A stretch of 63,806 bases of DNA, the filler included. It is 8 parts of 8 records of this genome, joined end to end, with 100 filler letters (N's around TTAATTAATTAA, not from the genome) between each part and the next. Parts side by side here need not be neighbours in the genome. Positions count along the whole stretch, not along the records: positions 54,076 to 63,806 come from SRR31147125_97819; 7 more parts are not named here. The stretch is one strand, 5' to 3'. A program made the position numbers and the translations under genes. The notes under the pieces are model-generated. The model saw nothing but the letters and a program-made list of their open reading frames with translations, was not told the DNA's origin and searched no databases. Shown here one piece after another: positions 54,076-63,806 of this stretch (its first letter is position 1; every line of letters starts with the position of its first letter).

Positions 54076-54831
54076 GGCCAGCATGCCGGCTGTAATATCG
54101 CCGCCGACGTAGGAATAGACGCAAGGGGCATAGTAAATGATGGCGTCGTCAGCCACGTCGAAATCCGGCCCGGCCGGATGCTCGTCGCCAAACAGGGTTT
54201 CCGGCTCGAAGGGCGCTGAGCCCATCGGCACCGGCGACAGATTATCGGCCAGATGCTGCATAATGGTGTTGCCGGCAATGGAGATATAATGAACGTCTTT
54301 AGGGTTCGCGCCGGACAGCTGACATGTTTTGAGAATCAGCTCGTTAAGCTGCTCGCGGATGAGGCGGCTGAGCGTCTCGTGGCCGTGCTCGGCGCAAAAC
54401 TGGATACGGCTGATGACGTCCGCGCCATACGGGCGCTGGGCGTTGACGCCGCTGGCTGTAGCCAGACGCGTGCAGGTCGGCAAATCGGTCAGATGCGCCA
54501 CGACCGTCGTCGTGCCGATATCGATAGCGACGCCGAGCGGACCCGTATAAGCGGACGCGTGTGCCTTCACATCGCCGCCGGCGATCCTTAAATCAAAGGC
54601 TTCCGGCAGATAAACCGCCATATTGCCGGTAACCGGCGTCTGACAGGCGCGGACCTTTTCACCGTCCGGCGAAAGCTGGACGAGGCACTTGCCGCAGCGG
54701 CCGCGGCCGCCGCAGGGCGCTTCAATAAAGATGTCCTCAGCCTTGATACGTTCGTATATGGTTTCGCCTAAAACGGCCTCCGCCGTGCTGATGAGTTCTC
54801 CGCTGCGGTAGAATTTAATGATCGGGGGCAT
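54076..54831 (-). CDS. RACo/ASKHA corrinoid-activation-type protein with N-terminal 2Fe-2S domain (3'-truncated)
   Basis: CGGRGRCGKC...RACQ; AIDIGTTT; YGADVISRI; GNTIMQHL; YVGGDI. Confidence 0.85.
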
Positions 54832-54889
54832 TGCCACAACTCCTTTGACTGTCATTTCTATTCAAATCTATTCTATGTTTAAATTGGTC

Positions 54890-56296
54890 TTATACTAATG
54901 TGCCAAAAAGCGCCCAGGTGCTGCTGTTGGTAATCTCGGCGTTTTCAAACGACCCGATTTTTTCCGGGCTGCCTGTAAGGTGCACGAGCCGGCCTCCGTT
55001 TGTGCGCCCTGTCAGCGGATGCCGTTCGTCGCCGGATTCACCGTCGACGAGGACGGGCAGCGTTCGGCCGATATAGCACGCGTGCTTTTCCTCGGAAATC
55101 GTATTTTGGAGCGCCAGTAGCTTATCGAATCGGCGCTGCTTTACCTCCCGCGTTGCCGTGTCCGGCATCATCGCGGCGGGCGTGCCTTTCCGGATGGAAT
55201 AAATGAAGGTGAACAGAGCGTCAAACCGCGCTGCTTCCAGCACGCGCAGCGTCTCGTTAAAATCGTCTTCCGTCTCACCGGGAAAGCCCACGATCACATC
55301 GCTCGTTAAAACAATGTCGGGCATCCAGCGGCGCGCCATCTCAACCAGCTCCAGATACTGCGCCTGGGTATAGCCGCGGTTCATTGCGGCTAATATCCGG
55401 TCACTCCCGGCTTGGAACGGCAGATGGATGTGACGGGCAACCTTATCGCATTCGGCCATCGTCCTGAATAGACGCTCGCCGGCGTCCTTGGGGTGGCTTG
55501 TCATAAAGCGGATTAAAAACTCGCCGTCCAGCTCGTTGAGCTTATAGAGTATATCGGAAAAATCCGTTTGAATATCAAGGTCTTTTCCGTAAGAATTGAC
55601 GTTTTGACCCAGAAGCGTTATATCCTTAAAGCCGTCCGCAATAAGCCCTTTGGCCTCGGACAGTATATTTTCGGGCTGGCGGCTGCGTTCGCGCCCGCGG
55701 ACGTACGGCACGATACAGTAGGAGCAAAAATTATTGCACCCGTACATGATCGACAGCCAGGCCTTAACCGTGCCGTCCCGCACAACCGGCAAGCCCTCGC
55801 TGATGGCGCCGGGCTCGTCTTCTATGGAAAAAACGCGGCCGCGCTCTGTCATAACACGCTCAAGCAGCTCGGGAAAGCGCCAGAGCGCCTGCGGGCCGAA
55901 AACGAGATCGACATGACGATAGGAGCGTTTTATTTTTTCAGCCGCCTGCTTTTGCTGCATCATGCAGCCGCATACGGCGATAATCTGTTCCGGCTTTTGG
56001 CGCTTTGTATGCACCAGCGCGCCGACATTGCCGTAAACGCGCATTTCAGCGTGCTCACGGACGGCGCAGGTATTAAGGACGATAACGTCGGCGTTTGCTT
56101 CGTCTTTCGTCAGGGTATAGCCCATCGACGTGAGCATTCCGCGCAGCTTTTCGCTGTCGGATTCGTTTTGCTGGCAGCCGAACGTATCAATATAGGCAAG
56201 CGGTACATAGCCGGCGTTTGCAAACTGCGCGCGGACTCGGTCCATGATCAGCTTTTGATTTTCAATATCCTCGCGTGGGATCTCCGGATTAGACAA
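54890..56296 (-). CDS. miaB: tRNA methylthiotransferase MiaB
   Basis: TFGCQQN, NTCAVRE, GCNNFCSYC radical-SAM motif, TRAM domain; TTG start at 56296 after GGAGG. Confidence 0.95.
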   Translation of the reverse strand: MSNPEIPREDIENQKLIMDRVRAQFANAGYVPLAYIDTFGCQQNESDSEKLRGMLTSMGYTLTKDEANADVIVLNTCAVREHAEMRVYGNVGALVHTKRQKPEQIIAVCGCMMQQKQAAEKIKRSYRHVDLVFGPQALWRFPELLERVMTERGRVFSIEDEPGAISEGLPVVRDGTVKAWLSIMYGCNNFCSYCIVPYVRGRERSRQPENILSEAKGLIADGFKDITLLGQNVNSYGKDLDIQTDFSDILYKLNELDGEFLIRFMTSHPKDAGERLFRTMAECDKVARHIHLPFQAGSDRILAAMNRGYTQAQYLELVEMARRWMPDIVLTSDVIVGFPGETEDDFNETLRVLEAARFDALFTFIYSIRKGTPAAMMPDTATREVKQRRFDKLLALQNTISEEKHACYIGRTLPVLVDGESGDERHPLTGRTNGGRLVHLTGSPEKIGSFENAEITNSSTWALFGTLV

Positions 56297-56451
56297 AATT
56301 TGATAGCCTCCAGAAAAAAGGTGCGGCAACCCTCGAAAAGCGGCGGTTGCTTCATAGTATTTTAACATTTTGATGTAGAATTTACAATGAAAATAATGTA
56401 TAATCAACCCAATACGAAAGGCCTGGTGTAAATGGCTGAAGGAGGTCGTAC

Positions 56452-57516
56452 ATGAAATATCTGGTTATCGACAGACGCGTTGTCCGCAATAATCTCAAAG
56501 CGATCAAGGAACGGGCCGACGGCGCTGCGATTTATGTGGACCTCAGCGCCAACGCCAGCGGCATGGGCCTTCTGGAAATCGCCAAGCTTTTACGGGACGA
56601 CGGAATACACAATTATGTTATATCCGACCCGAAGGACGCGGCGTATCTCAGAAATAACGGCTTTACAGAAGAAAAGCTGATGATGCTGCGCAGCACGGCC
56701 GACCAGGAAGAGCTGGCCGAGCTCATTGACCTCAAGGTAATCTGCACCGTTGGGTCCTATGACGCCGCCGTGGCCGCCAATGGAACGGCGGAGGCGAAGA
56801 AAACGATTGCGGAAATCCAGGTTGTCATCGATACCGGCTTTGGCCGCTACGGCTTCCAGCCGGCGGAAACGGACAAGATCGCGGCTATTTATAAATACAT
56901 GTCAAACCTTGTCGTCGTCGGGACGTTTACAACGTATGCGGCTTCGTGGCGCAACAAAAAGCTGACGGAGCAGCAGTTTAATACGTTTAATGAGGTCCTT
57001 GACAAGATTACGGAAATGGGCTTTGAGCCGGGCGTGGCGCATGCGTGCGATTCGGCGGCCTTGTTTAAATATGATTTCGGGCGGATGGACGCCGTGCGGG
57101 TCGATTCGGCTCTGACAGGCCGGATTCCGGGAAAAAATGTCGGCGGCCTTGGCAAGGTCGGCTATATAGAGGCGGGCATTGAGGAGCTTAACTGGTTTCA
57201 AAAAGGCCATCGGGTTGGCGCCGAGCGCGGGGTCACTATGAAAAAGCCGACGAAGATCGCTGTTTTATCGGTTGGCTATTACCACGGGTTCAGCGTGGAC
57301 CGTCCAAACGGCGAACGCGGCCTGCTTGACTATATCCGGCGCTGCCGCAGCAAGCGTTTTGTCCGGATTAACGGGCAAAAGGCCCGCGTTATAGGAGACG
57401 TGGGGATGCTGCACACGATGGTGGATGTTACGAATATAGAATGCGCCGTTGGGGAGTCTGCCATACTGGATGTCGATCCTGTTAACGTCAAGGGCCTGCA
57501 GGTCCTGTATATCTGA
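56452..57516 (+). CDS. Alanine racemase-fold protein lacking the catalytic Lys and Tyr
   Basis: IDTGFGRYG, DAVRV, VGYYHG, IGDVGML fit the Alr fold; the VKANAYGHG motif reads LSANASGMG. Confidence 0.8.
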   Translation: MKYLVIDRRVVRNNLKAIKERADGAAIYVDLSANASGMGLLEIAKLLRDDGIHNYVISDPKDAAYLRNNGFTEEKLMMLRSTADQEELAELIDLKVICTVGSYDAAVAANGTAEAKKTIAEIQVVIDTGFGRYGFQPAETDKIAAIYKYMSNLVVVGTFTTYAASWRNKKLTEQQFNTFNEVLDKITEMGFEPGVAHACDSAALFKYDFGRMDAVRVDSALTGRIPGKNVGGLGKVGYIEAGIEELNWFQKGHRVGAERGVTMKKPTKIAVLSVGYYHGFSVDRPNGERGLLDYIRRCRSKRFVRINGQKARVIGDVGMLHTMVDVTNIECAVGESAILDVDPVNVKGLQVLYI

Positions 57517-57589
57517 GGGTTCTTTATCTCAGTGACTTTTGAAATTAACATGAGTTTTACCGCTTCACACGCAAAAAGGATGATGATTA

Positions 57590-59482
57590 TTGGCAAAAAT
57601 ACGCCAGCTTGAACCGCATGTTGCCGACCTGATCGCAGCGGGGGAAGTTGTTGAGCGTCCCGCGTCCGTCATCAAGGAACTGATGGAAAACGCAATTGAC
57701 GCCGGGGCGACCACCTTGACTGTGGAAATCAAAAACGGCGGCATGACGTACATGCGCGTAACGGACAACGGCTGCGGCATGGCGTCCGACGATGCCGGGA
57801 CGGCATTTTTAAGGCACGCGACGAGTAAGCTTCGCGACGAGCGGGGGCTGGAGTCCATCGCCACGCTGGGCTTTCGCGGCGAGGCGCTGGCCGCAATCGC
57901 GGCTGTATCAAAAATTGAGCTTTTAACCCGGGAAACCTATGAGGACGAAGGGACCAGCCTGACGGTCCACGGCGGTGTAATCCTTGATAAAACGGCCGCC
58001 GGCTGCCCGGCCGGTACGACGATGATCGTTCGCGACCTTTTTTATAATACGCCCGCCCGCCTTAAGTTTATGAAAACGGACAAGGCCGAAAGCGCCGCCG
58101 TCACCTCGCAGGTGTTTTCCTGCGCGCTGTCGCATCCGGAGGTTTCGGTCCGATACTTAAAGGACGGGAAGGAAGAGTGCCATACGCCCGGCGACGGTCG
58201 TATGGATTCGTGCATTTACAGCCTGTTCGGGCGCGATTATGCCAAAGGGCTTCAGCAGGCCGCCTCCAGTGACGACGCTGTGTCCGTCAAGGGCTTTATA
58301 TCCGCGCCCATCAATGCCCGGGGGAACAGGAGCCACCAGTTTTTCTTTGTCAACGGGCGCTATGTTAAATCCAAAACGCTGCAGGCCGCGCTGGAGCAGG
58401 CCTACCGGAACACGCTTTTTACCGGCCGGTTTCCGACGTGCGTTTTATATGTTGAACTGAGCCCGTCGGACGTTGACGTCAACGTTCACCCCACGAAGAC
58501 CGAGGTCAAATTTGTCCGAGACCGCGAGGTATACAGCGCCGTGTATTACGCGGCGCTCTCCGCGCTGGAGAGTGACGCGCCGACGCCGGAAATTATGCTG
58601 ACGGGCGCCACGAGAAAAGCGCTTTCTGAGGAGCGCCCGCCACAGCGGGAAGAGCCCGCCGAGCCGGTTAAGCCGGAACCCAGACAGACCGTAAATGACA
58701 GCGCCGGCCTGTCGGGTGTAAAAGCGCCGGCGATAAAACCGTCGGGCTTTTCAAGCGGTTTTATCAGCCGCGTTGCGGCAATGCCGGAAACGATTGATTA
58801 TGCGCCGATTCGCAGCCATCCGAGCCTGCCGTATGAAACCCGACCGCTCAACCCGGAGCCGGTTGACGACGAAGCTGATACAGAGCCCCCCGCGGAAATT
58901 GTCGGCATGCCGGCAAAGGCGGCATATTCGCTCATCGGCGAGGCGCTCGGCACCTATATACTCGTCGAGCAGGGCGACAGCCTGTGGCTCATCGACAAGC
59001 ATGCCGCACATGAACGGATTCATTTTGACAGGCTGAAGGCCGAAAAACAAGTGATCATGTCACAGACGCTTTTGGAGCCGGTTGTCTGCGATCTGGGCCG
59101 TGAGGACACGGCGCTTTTGCTGGAAAACGCAGCGATCTTTGAGCGCCTGGGCTTTCTGATTGAGCCGTTTGGCGAAACGGCGTTTGCCGTCCGGCAGGCC
59201 CCGGCGGACATGGAGCCGTTTGATATCGACGCGGCGCTGGCGGATTTGCTGTCGGTTCTGCGCCAGGGCGGCAGCCCCGACAACGGGCTGCTCTTTGACG
59301 AGCTTTTACATACGGTTGCCTGTAAGGCAGCCGTTAAAGCCGGCCGCCGCTCCGAGGCGCAGGAGCTCGACGCGCTCGTTGCCCGCGTGCTCTCCGGTGA
59401 GGTCCGTTACTGCCCGCACGGACGCCCAGTTGCCATGGAGCTGACAAAAACAGCGCTGGATAAGAATTTTAAGCGGACATAA
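57590..59482 (+). CDS. mutL: DNA mismatch repair endonuclease MutL
   Basis: IAAGEVVERP, GFRGEAL, DVNVHPTK, DKHAAHER, ACK, CPHGRP. Confidence 0.97.
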   Translation: MAKIRQLEPHVADLIAAGEVVERPASVIKELMENAIDAGATTLTVEIKNGGMTYMRVTDNGCGMASDDAGTAFLRHATSKLRDERGLESIATLGFRGEALAAIAAVSKIELLTRETYEDEGTSLTVHGGVILDKTAAGCPAGTTMIVRDLFYNTPARLKFMKTDKAESAAVTSQVFSCALSHPEVSVRYLKDGKEECHTPGDGRMDSCIYSLFGRDYAKGLQQAASSDDAVSVKGFISAPINARGNRSHQFFFVNGRYVKSKTLQAALEQAYRNTLFTGRFPTCVLYVELSPSDVDVNVHPTKTEVKFVRDREVYSAVYYAALSALESDAPTPEIMLTGATRKALSEERPPQREEPAEPVKPEPRQTVNDSAGLSGVKAPAIKPSGFSSGFISRVAAMPETIDYAPIRSHPSLPYETRPLNPEPVDDEADTEPPAEIVGMPAKAAYSLIGEALGTYILVEQGDSLWLIDKHAAHERIHFDRLKAEKQVIMSQTLLEPVVCDLGREDTALLLENAAIFERLGFLIEPFGETAFAVRQAPADMEPFDIDAALADLLSVLRQGGSPDNGLLFDELLHTVACKAAVKAGRRSEAQELDALVARVLSGEVRYCPHGRPVAMELTKTALDKNFKRT

Positions 59483-59507
59483 ATATGTATATCCTCCGGG
59501 GGTGACT

Positions 59508-60434
59508 ATGATTCCAGACATCGCCGTTATTACCGGACCGACCGCCACAGGGAAAACAGCCTTGGGCGTCGCGCTGGCTAAAAAGCTCAAGGGCGAGATT
59601 GTCTCCGCCGATTCGATGCAGATTTATCAGCATATGGACATTGGAACGGCCAAGCCGACGCCGGCGGAGATGGACGGTGTTGCGCACCACATGATCGGCG
59701 TCGTCTCGCCGTTTGACAAATATTCCGTAGCTCGGTATGTCGAAGACGCCGCACGCTGTGTGGACGATATTCTGTCAAGAGGAAAACGCCCCATTGTTGT
59801 GGGCGGGACAGGCCTTTATATCGATTCTTTGATTCGAGGCCGCTTCTTTGCCAATGAGGGTGACGAGACCTTACGACGCGAGCTGAATGACCGATATGAC
59901 CGGGTCGGCGGCGAAGCGCTTTTACAGGAGCTGGCGAAGGCCGACCCGATTAGCGCCGATAAGCTGCATCCGAACGATAAGAAACGCATCGTGCGCGCGC
60001 TGGAAATTGTGGCCCAAACGGGGATGACGATCTCAGCGCATGATGAGCTGACAAAAAAAGCGCCGCCGCGCTATAATGCGCGCATTCTCGCGCTGACATA
60101 TTCCGACAGAATTGAGCTATACAGACATATAGACCGCCGGGTTGACGTTATGATGGAAAAGGGACTGGTCCAAGAGGTCCAGGGTCTTCTGGATATGGGG
60201 CTTGGAGGGGAGCACACGGCGATGCAGGCCATCGGTTACAAGGAAATTGCCCGGGCGCTTCTGTCGGGCGGGGATTTGAGCCAGGCTGCCGAGACGGTTA
60301 AAATGGAATCGAGGCGGTACGCCAAAAGACAGCTGTCCTGGTTTCGCCGCGATAATAATTTACGTTGGCTGGAATGGAAAAATGAGCCGGATTTTGCCGC
60401 TGGCCTACGTTTTTCGACAGAGTATTTGGGATAA
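59508..60434 (+). CDS. miaA: tRNA dimethylallyltransferase MiaA
   Basis: GPTATGKT, SADSMQIY, DIGTAKP, QAIGYKE, YAKRQ. Confidence 0.97.
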   Translation: MIPDIAVITGPTATGKTALGVALAKKLKGEIVSADSMQIYQHMDIGTAKPTPAEMDGVAHHMIGVVSPFDKYSVARYVEDAARCVDDILSRGKRPIVVGGTGLYIDSLIRGRFFANEGDETLRRELNDRYDRVGGEALLQELAKADPISADKLHPNDKKRIVRALEIVAQTGMTISAHDELTKKAPPRYNARILALTYSDRIELYRHIDRRVDVMMEKGLVQEVQGLLDMGLGGEHTAMQAIGYKEIARALLSGGDLSQAAETVKMESRRYAKRQLSWFRRDNNLRWLEWKNEPDFAAGLRFSTEYLG

Positions 60435-60466
60435 ATTGGATACAATGATGCCGTCTAACAACAAAA

Positions 60467-60495
60467 TTGAAAGAGGCGGCGAAATATGGTACCAT
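60467..60495 (+). promoter_or_regulatory. SigA-type promoter upstream of hfq
   Basis: TTGAAA, 17-nt spacer, TACCAT with an extended TG. Confidence 0.65.
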
Positions 60496-60530
60496 ATAGT
60501 AGCCGTCACAGAAAGAAAGGACGGCTATCC

Positions 60531-60767
60531 ATGGCAAAGATACAGAATTTACAGGATATTTTTCTCAATCAGGCGAGGACGAACAAACAACAGGTGACGA
60601 TTTTTCTCGTAAACGGCTTTCAGCTTAGAGGTATCGTTACAGGATTTGACAGCTTCACGGTTGTGCTGGATTCCGAAGGGAAGCAGCAGATGATTTATAA
60701 GCATGCGATTTCGACAATCATACCGTCGCGGAATATCAATCTGATGACGGGAGGCGAAAGCGACTAG
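60531..60767 (+). CDS. hfq: RNA chaperone Hfq
   Basis: [32 protein letters not shown] at 60531 after AAAGGA. Confidence 0.97.
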   Translation: MAKIQNLQDIFLNQARTNKQQVTIFLVNGFQLRGIVTGFDSFTVVLDSEGKQQMIYKHAISTIIPSRNINLMTGGESD

Positions 60768-60828
60768 CCGCTCTATGCGCGCGCTTCTGCCTTAAAATAA
60801 CCGGCGCTTTGAAGGGATGTAAAAGCAG

Positions 60829-62013
60829 ATGCTGCGCAGCGATTTTATCATGAAGCTAATGTCGGTCGTGCTGTTTGTAGCGGTGGCGGCTTACATAGGG
60901 CTGTATTTATATCATACGGCTAAAAATCCATTGAAAACGGAGCCTGCCGCCCGTTATGCCGTTGAGGAAAGCGGAAAAATGGAAGGCTGTATTATACGAA
61001 ACGAAACGGTTTTAAGCGGGGAGGACGGCGTTGTCACGCTGATGGCCGGCGAGGGGGAAAAGCTCGGAGCCGGACAAGCCGTCGCTGTTTACTATGAGGG
61101 TGAAACGGCGCTCGAGCGGGCCAGCGAAATCCGTTCGCTGCAGATCCAGATTAAAGACGCCGAGGCTGCGACAGCTGCCTCGGCGGCGCTGACGGCGAGC
61201 GATACGGAAAACTGCATTCTGGCCCTGTCCGACGCTGTTGAGCATCAGCAGTATGACCAGCTGCAGGACTTAAGCTATAGTGTCCGTCAGTATGTTTTTA
61301 CGGACAGTGCCGGCAAGCTCTCAGAAGCTGACCGTGCCGCGCTGGAGCTCCGGCTGAATAATCTGCTCAGCGAAAGCACGAATACCCGGACGGTTTACGC
61401 GCCGGTCAGCGGTGTGTTTTCCTCCGCAGTTGACGGATTTGAGAATTTGACGCCCGATAACCTCGGTGAGCTTACGCCGTCTGCACTGCGAGAAATAGCG
61501 GCGGCTGCGCCGGCAGAAAGCGGCTCGCTTGGAAAGCTGATCACGGGCATTACCTGGTATTATGCCGCTGTGCTGGACAGTGAGGAAGCCGCGAAGCTCG
61601 AAGGCAAAACGTCGGCGACGCTTCGGTTTACGAAGACGTATTTCAGCGAGCTTAACATGAAAATCGAAAGCATCGGCGAGGAAACAGACGGCCAGTGCGT
61701 TGTGGTTTTTTCCGCCCGGCGCGGGCTGTCGGAGACGGCGGCGCTGCGCGAGTTGACAGCCGAGGTCGAGTTTTCGTCTTATTCGGGGCTGTTCGTTCCC
61801 GAAGAGGCCATTCACAGGGGCCGACATGACCGTCCGTATATTTATCTGCTCACCGGACAGCAGGCTGAGCTTGTGTACGTTCAGATTTTATGTCCGGTAT
61901 CGGGCGGATATATTGTCCGGGACGGGGGCGAAAACGACACGGTTTTACGCGAGGGCTCGGATATTATCGTCGCGTCCGGTGTGATTTATGACGGCAAGGT
62001 GGTAACAAAATGA
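60829..62013 (+). CDS. HlyD-like membrane-anchored adaptor protein typical upstream of clostridial yggS
   Basis: N-terminal TM, IIRNETV, EGEK, APVSGVFS, coiled coil. Confidence 0.7.
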   Translation: MLRSDFIMKLMSVVLFVAVAAYIGLYLYHTAKNPLKTEPAARYAVEESGKMEGCIIRNETVLSGEDGVVTLMAGEGEKLGAGQAVAVYYEGETALERASEIRSLQIQIKDAEAATAASAALTASDTENCILALSDAVEHQQYDQLQDLSYSVRQYVFTDSAGKLSEADRAALELRLNNLLSESTNTRTVYAPVSGVFSSAVDGFENLTPDNLGELTPSALREIAAAAPAESGSLGKLITGITWYYAAVLDSEEAAKLEGKTSATLRFTKTYFSELNMKIESIGEETDGQCVVVFSARRGLSETAALRELTAEVEFSSYSGLFVPEEAIHRGRHDRPYIYLLTGQQAELVYVQILCPVSGGYIVRDGGENDTVLREGSDIIVASGVIYDGKVVTK

Positions 62014-62704
62014 CGATTGCTGACAACGTAAAAATGATCCGGGACCAGATCGCCGGAGCGGCCGAGCGGTCCGGACGCAGTCCGTCGGAGATTACTCTTG
62101 TCGCCGCGTCGAAAATGAACCCGGCCGAGCGCGTTCGCGAGGCGATTGAAGCCGGCGTCGATGCCGTCGGTGAAAACAAGGTCCAGGAGATGCTGGAGAA
62201 AAACGAAAAGAACGCTTATACAGGTGCGCCGCTTCATTTTATCGGGCATCTGCAATCCAACAAGGTCCGGCAGATCGTCGGCCTGTGCGATTTTATCGAA
62301 TCGGTGGATTCCGTAAAACTGATCGACGAGATTGATAAGCGGGCACAATTATCGGCTATCCGGCAGGATATACTAATTGAAGTGAATATTGGCAGAGAAG
62401 CCAATAAATCGGGCGTATTACCGGAGAATTTGGAATCGATTTTGGAAAAGGCTGCCACGAGTGAGAGCGTTCGCGTCAAAGGACTTATGGCTATCCCCCT
62501 GTTGGGGCTCATTTGAGCCAAAAGCGTAATTATTTCGATGAAATGTTCAAGCTTTTTGTTGACATAAGAGCAAAAAAATACGATAATATCTCTATGTATT
62601 TTTTATCAATGGGCATGAGCGACAGTTTCACACAGGCTATTGAGGCCGGAGCGAATATGATACGAGTCGGGACCGCCATATTCGGCAGCCGGCATTATGG
62701 ATAA
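62010..62704 (+). CDS. yggS: YggS/PLPBP PLP homeostasis protein; frameshift at C-run 62495-62499
   Basis: LVAASK, GENKVQE, HFIGHLQSNK. One added C gives GLMAIPP...LSMGMSD...IRVGTAIFG. Confidence 0.93.
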
Positions 62705-62742
62705 AACCGATACCGTCTGTTAATTGACAGGAGGAACTTTAT

Positions 62743-63210
62743 ATGGGATTTTTAAGCGAGCTGAAAAAGCTGACGCGGCCCTATGATGATGATGACGAGG
62801 AATTCGACGATTTCAAGCCGAAGGCCGTCGATGAGATACCGGTAGCACCCCGCACGCCCGCCCAGGCCAGAAGCTCTTACGGCGGCTTTGAGGAGCGGCG
62901 CGACAGCAATAAGGTTGTAAACATCCACGCCACGGCACAGCTCCAGGTTGTGCTGGTCAAGCCGGAGCGGTTTGAAAATGCAGCCGAGGTGGCCGATCAC
63001 CTCCGTGAGAAGCGTACCGTCGTATTGAATCTCGAGCAAACAAATAAAGATATTGCGCGGCGGCTTATTGATTTTCTCAGCGGCGTGGCATACGCGCAGG
63101 AGGGCAAAATCAAGAAGGTCGCGGTGAGTACATATATCATTACCCCGTATAATGTTGATTTATTGGGGGACCTCATTGACGAGCTTGAAAACAACGGACT
63201 GTACTTCTAA
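62743..63210 (+). CDS. sepF: Cell division protein SepF
   Basis: VVLNLE...ARRLIDFLSGVAY...ITPYNV. Confidence 0.95.
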   Translation: MGFLSELKKLTRPYDDDDEEFDDFKPKAVDEIPVAPRTPAQARSSYGGFEERRDSNKVVNIHATAQLQVVLVKPERFENAAEVADHLREKRTVVLNLEQTNKDIARRLIDFLSGVAYAQEGKIKKVAVSTYIITPYNVDLLGDLIDELENNGLYF

Positions 63211-63332
63211 GCGGGTTCAAATACGAATTTTGGTTTCAGGCTTGGCATCCGATAAAAACATAAAACGGTTTTGCTTCCCGCCGGGACTATACATATAGAA
63301 AAGGATCGTTAAAGGGAAAGGATTGAAGGATA

Positions 63333-63806
63333 ATGCTTACACCTCAGGAAATCTCCGGAAAAGAGTTTGTCAAGGCTGTCTTTGGCGGATATGACATGTC
63401 GGCCGTGGATGATTTTCTTGAAACGCTGACAACGGATTACGCCGCGCTTTATAAAGAAAACGCCATTTTGAAAAGTAAGATCAAGGTGCTCGTAGAAAAG
63501 GTCGAGGAATACCGCTCGACGGATGATGCGATGCGCATGGCGCTTTTGACAGCGCAGCGGATGGGCGAGGAAATCACAGCCGAGGCTAAAAAGAAAAGCG
63601 AAGAGATGCTTCAGAAAGCCGACGCAGACGCCAGAGACCGGCAGAACGAAATGAAAAACAAATACACGCAGGAGCAGGCGCGCCTGGAATCGATCAAAAC
63701 CGAGACGGTCAAGTATATCAAAGCCTCTCAGGAGATTCTCCGTCAGCATTCTCAGTTCCTGACGAAGCTGGAGGATGTCAGCAACGAAATCGTTGTGCCG
63801 CAGGCC
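63333..63806 (+). CDS. divIVA: DivIVA domain protein (3'-truncated; absent from the ORF track)
   Basis: MLTPQEISGKEFVKAVFGGYDMSAVDDFLE followed by coiled coil; open to the window end. Confidence 0.92.
   Translation, partial: MLTPQEISGKEFVKAVFGGYDMSAVDDFLETLTTDYAALYKENAILKSKIKVLVEKVEEYRSTDDAMRMALLTAQRMGEEITAEAKKKSEEMLQKADADARDRQNEMKNKYTQEQARLESIKTETVKYIKASQEILRQHSQFLTKLEDVSNEIVVPQA

Noticed and set aside
34347-54831. Functional link between the DUF1638 fusion and the RACo gene
   Set aside because: They are on different contigs that appear to come from different organisms.
5111-62499. Frameshifts in floA (5117), GT-C (31265), PocR sensor (33915), ABC permease (39685), NRPS (51288) and yggS (62495) as pseudogenes or programmed frameshifts
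   Set aside because: Each is a 1-nt change in a homopolymer run, across six unrelated contigs, with intact coding on both sides. This fits pyrosequencing-type error; read mapping would settle it.

Overview
This window is not one locus. It is eight unrelated contigs joined by artificial spacers (N-run + TTAATTAATTAA + N-run), probably from an anaerobic metagenome. (1) 1-8163, GC-rich, possibly a spirochaete: Na/Pi cotransporter tail, nfeD-floA, DMT transporter, cNMP/PH membrane protein and a secreted 32-aa repeat protein. (2) 8264-15111, Desulfobacterales-like: TolC-MFP-RND operon and a thiolase start. (3) 15211-25030, eukaryotic: one nearly complete, very intron-dense IP3-receptor Ca2+ channel gene on the minus strand. 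(4) 25131-31686: split yeeE/tusA/trxB/rhodanese-lipoprotein sulfur-relay operon and a divergent GT-C glycosyltransferase. (5) 31787-37626: PocR-PAS sensor and a DUF1638-hydantoinase fusion. (6) 37727-42800: hbd tail, SDR, lactonase and sugar ABC transporter. (7) 42901-53975: ACP-aminotransferase-C-A-PCP-E-C NRPS followed by an asnB-like gene. (8) 54076-63806, Clostridia-like: RACo, miaB, a catalytically degenerate alanine-racemase homologue, mutL-miaA-hfq, yggS-sepF-divIVA. Six genes have single-base frameshifts in homopolymer runs, best read as sequencing errors. The top candidates for new biology are the NRPS, the protist IP3R, the sulfur relay and the Alr pseudo-enzyme. Taxonomic hints and family calls come from motif recognition by eye; no searches were run.
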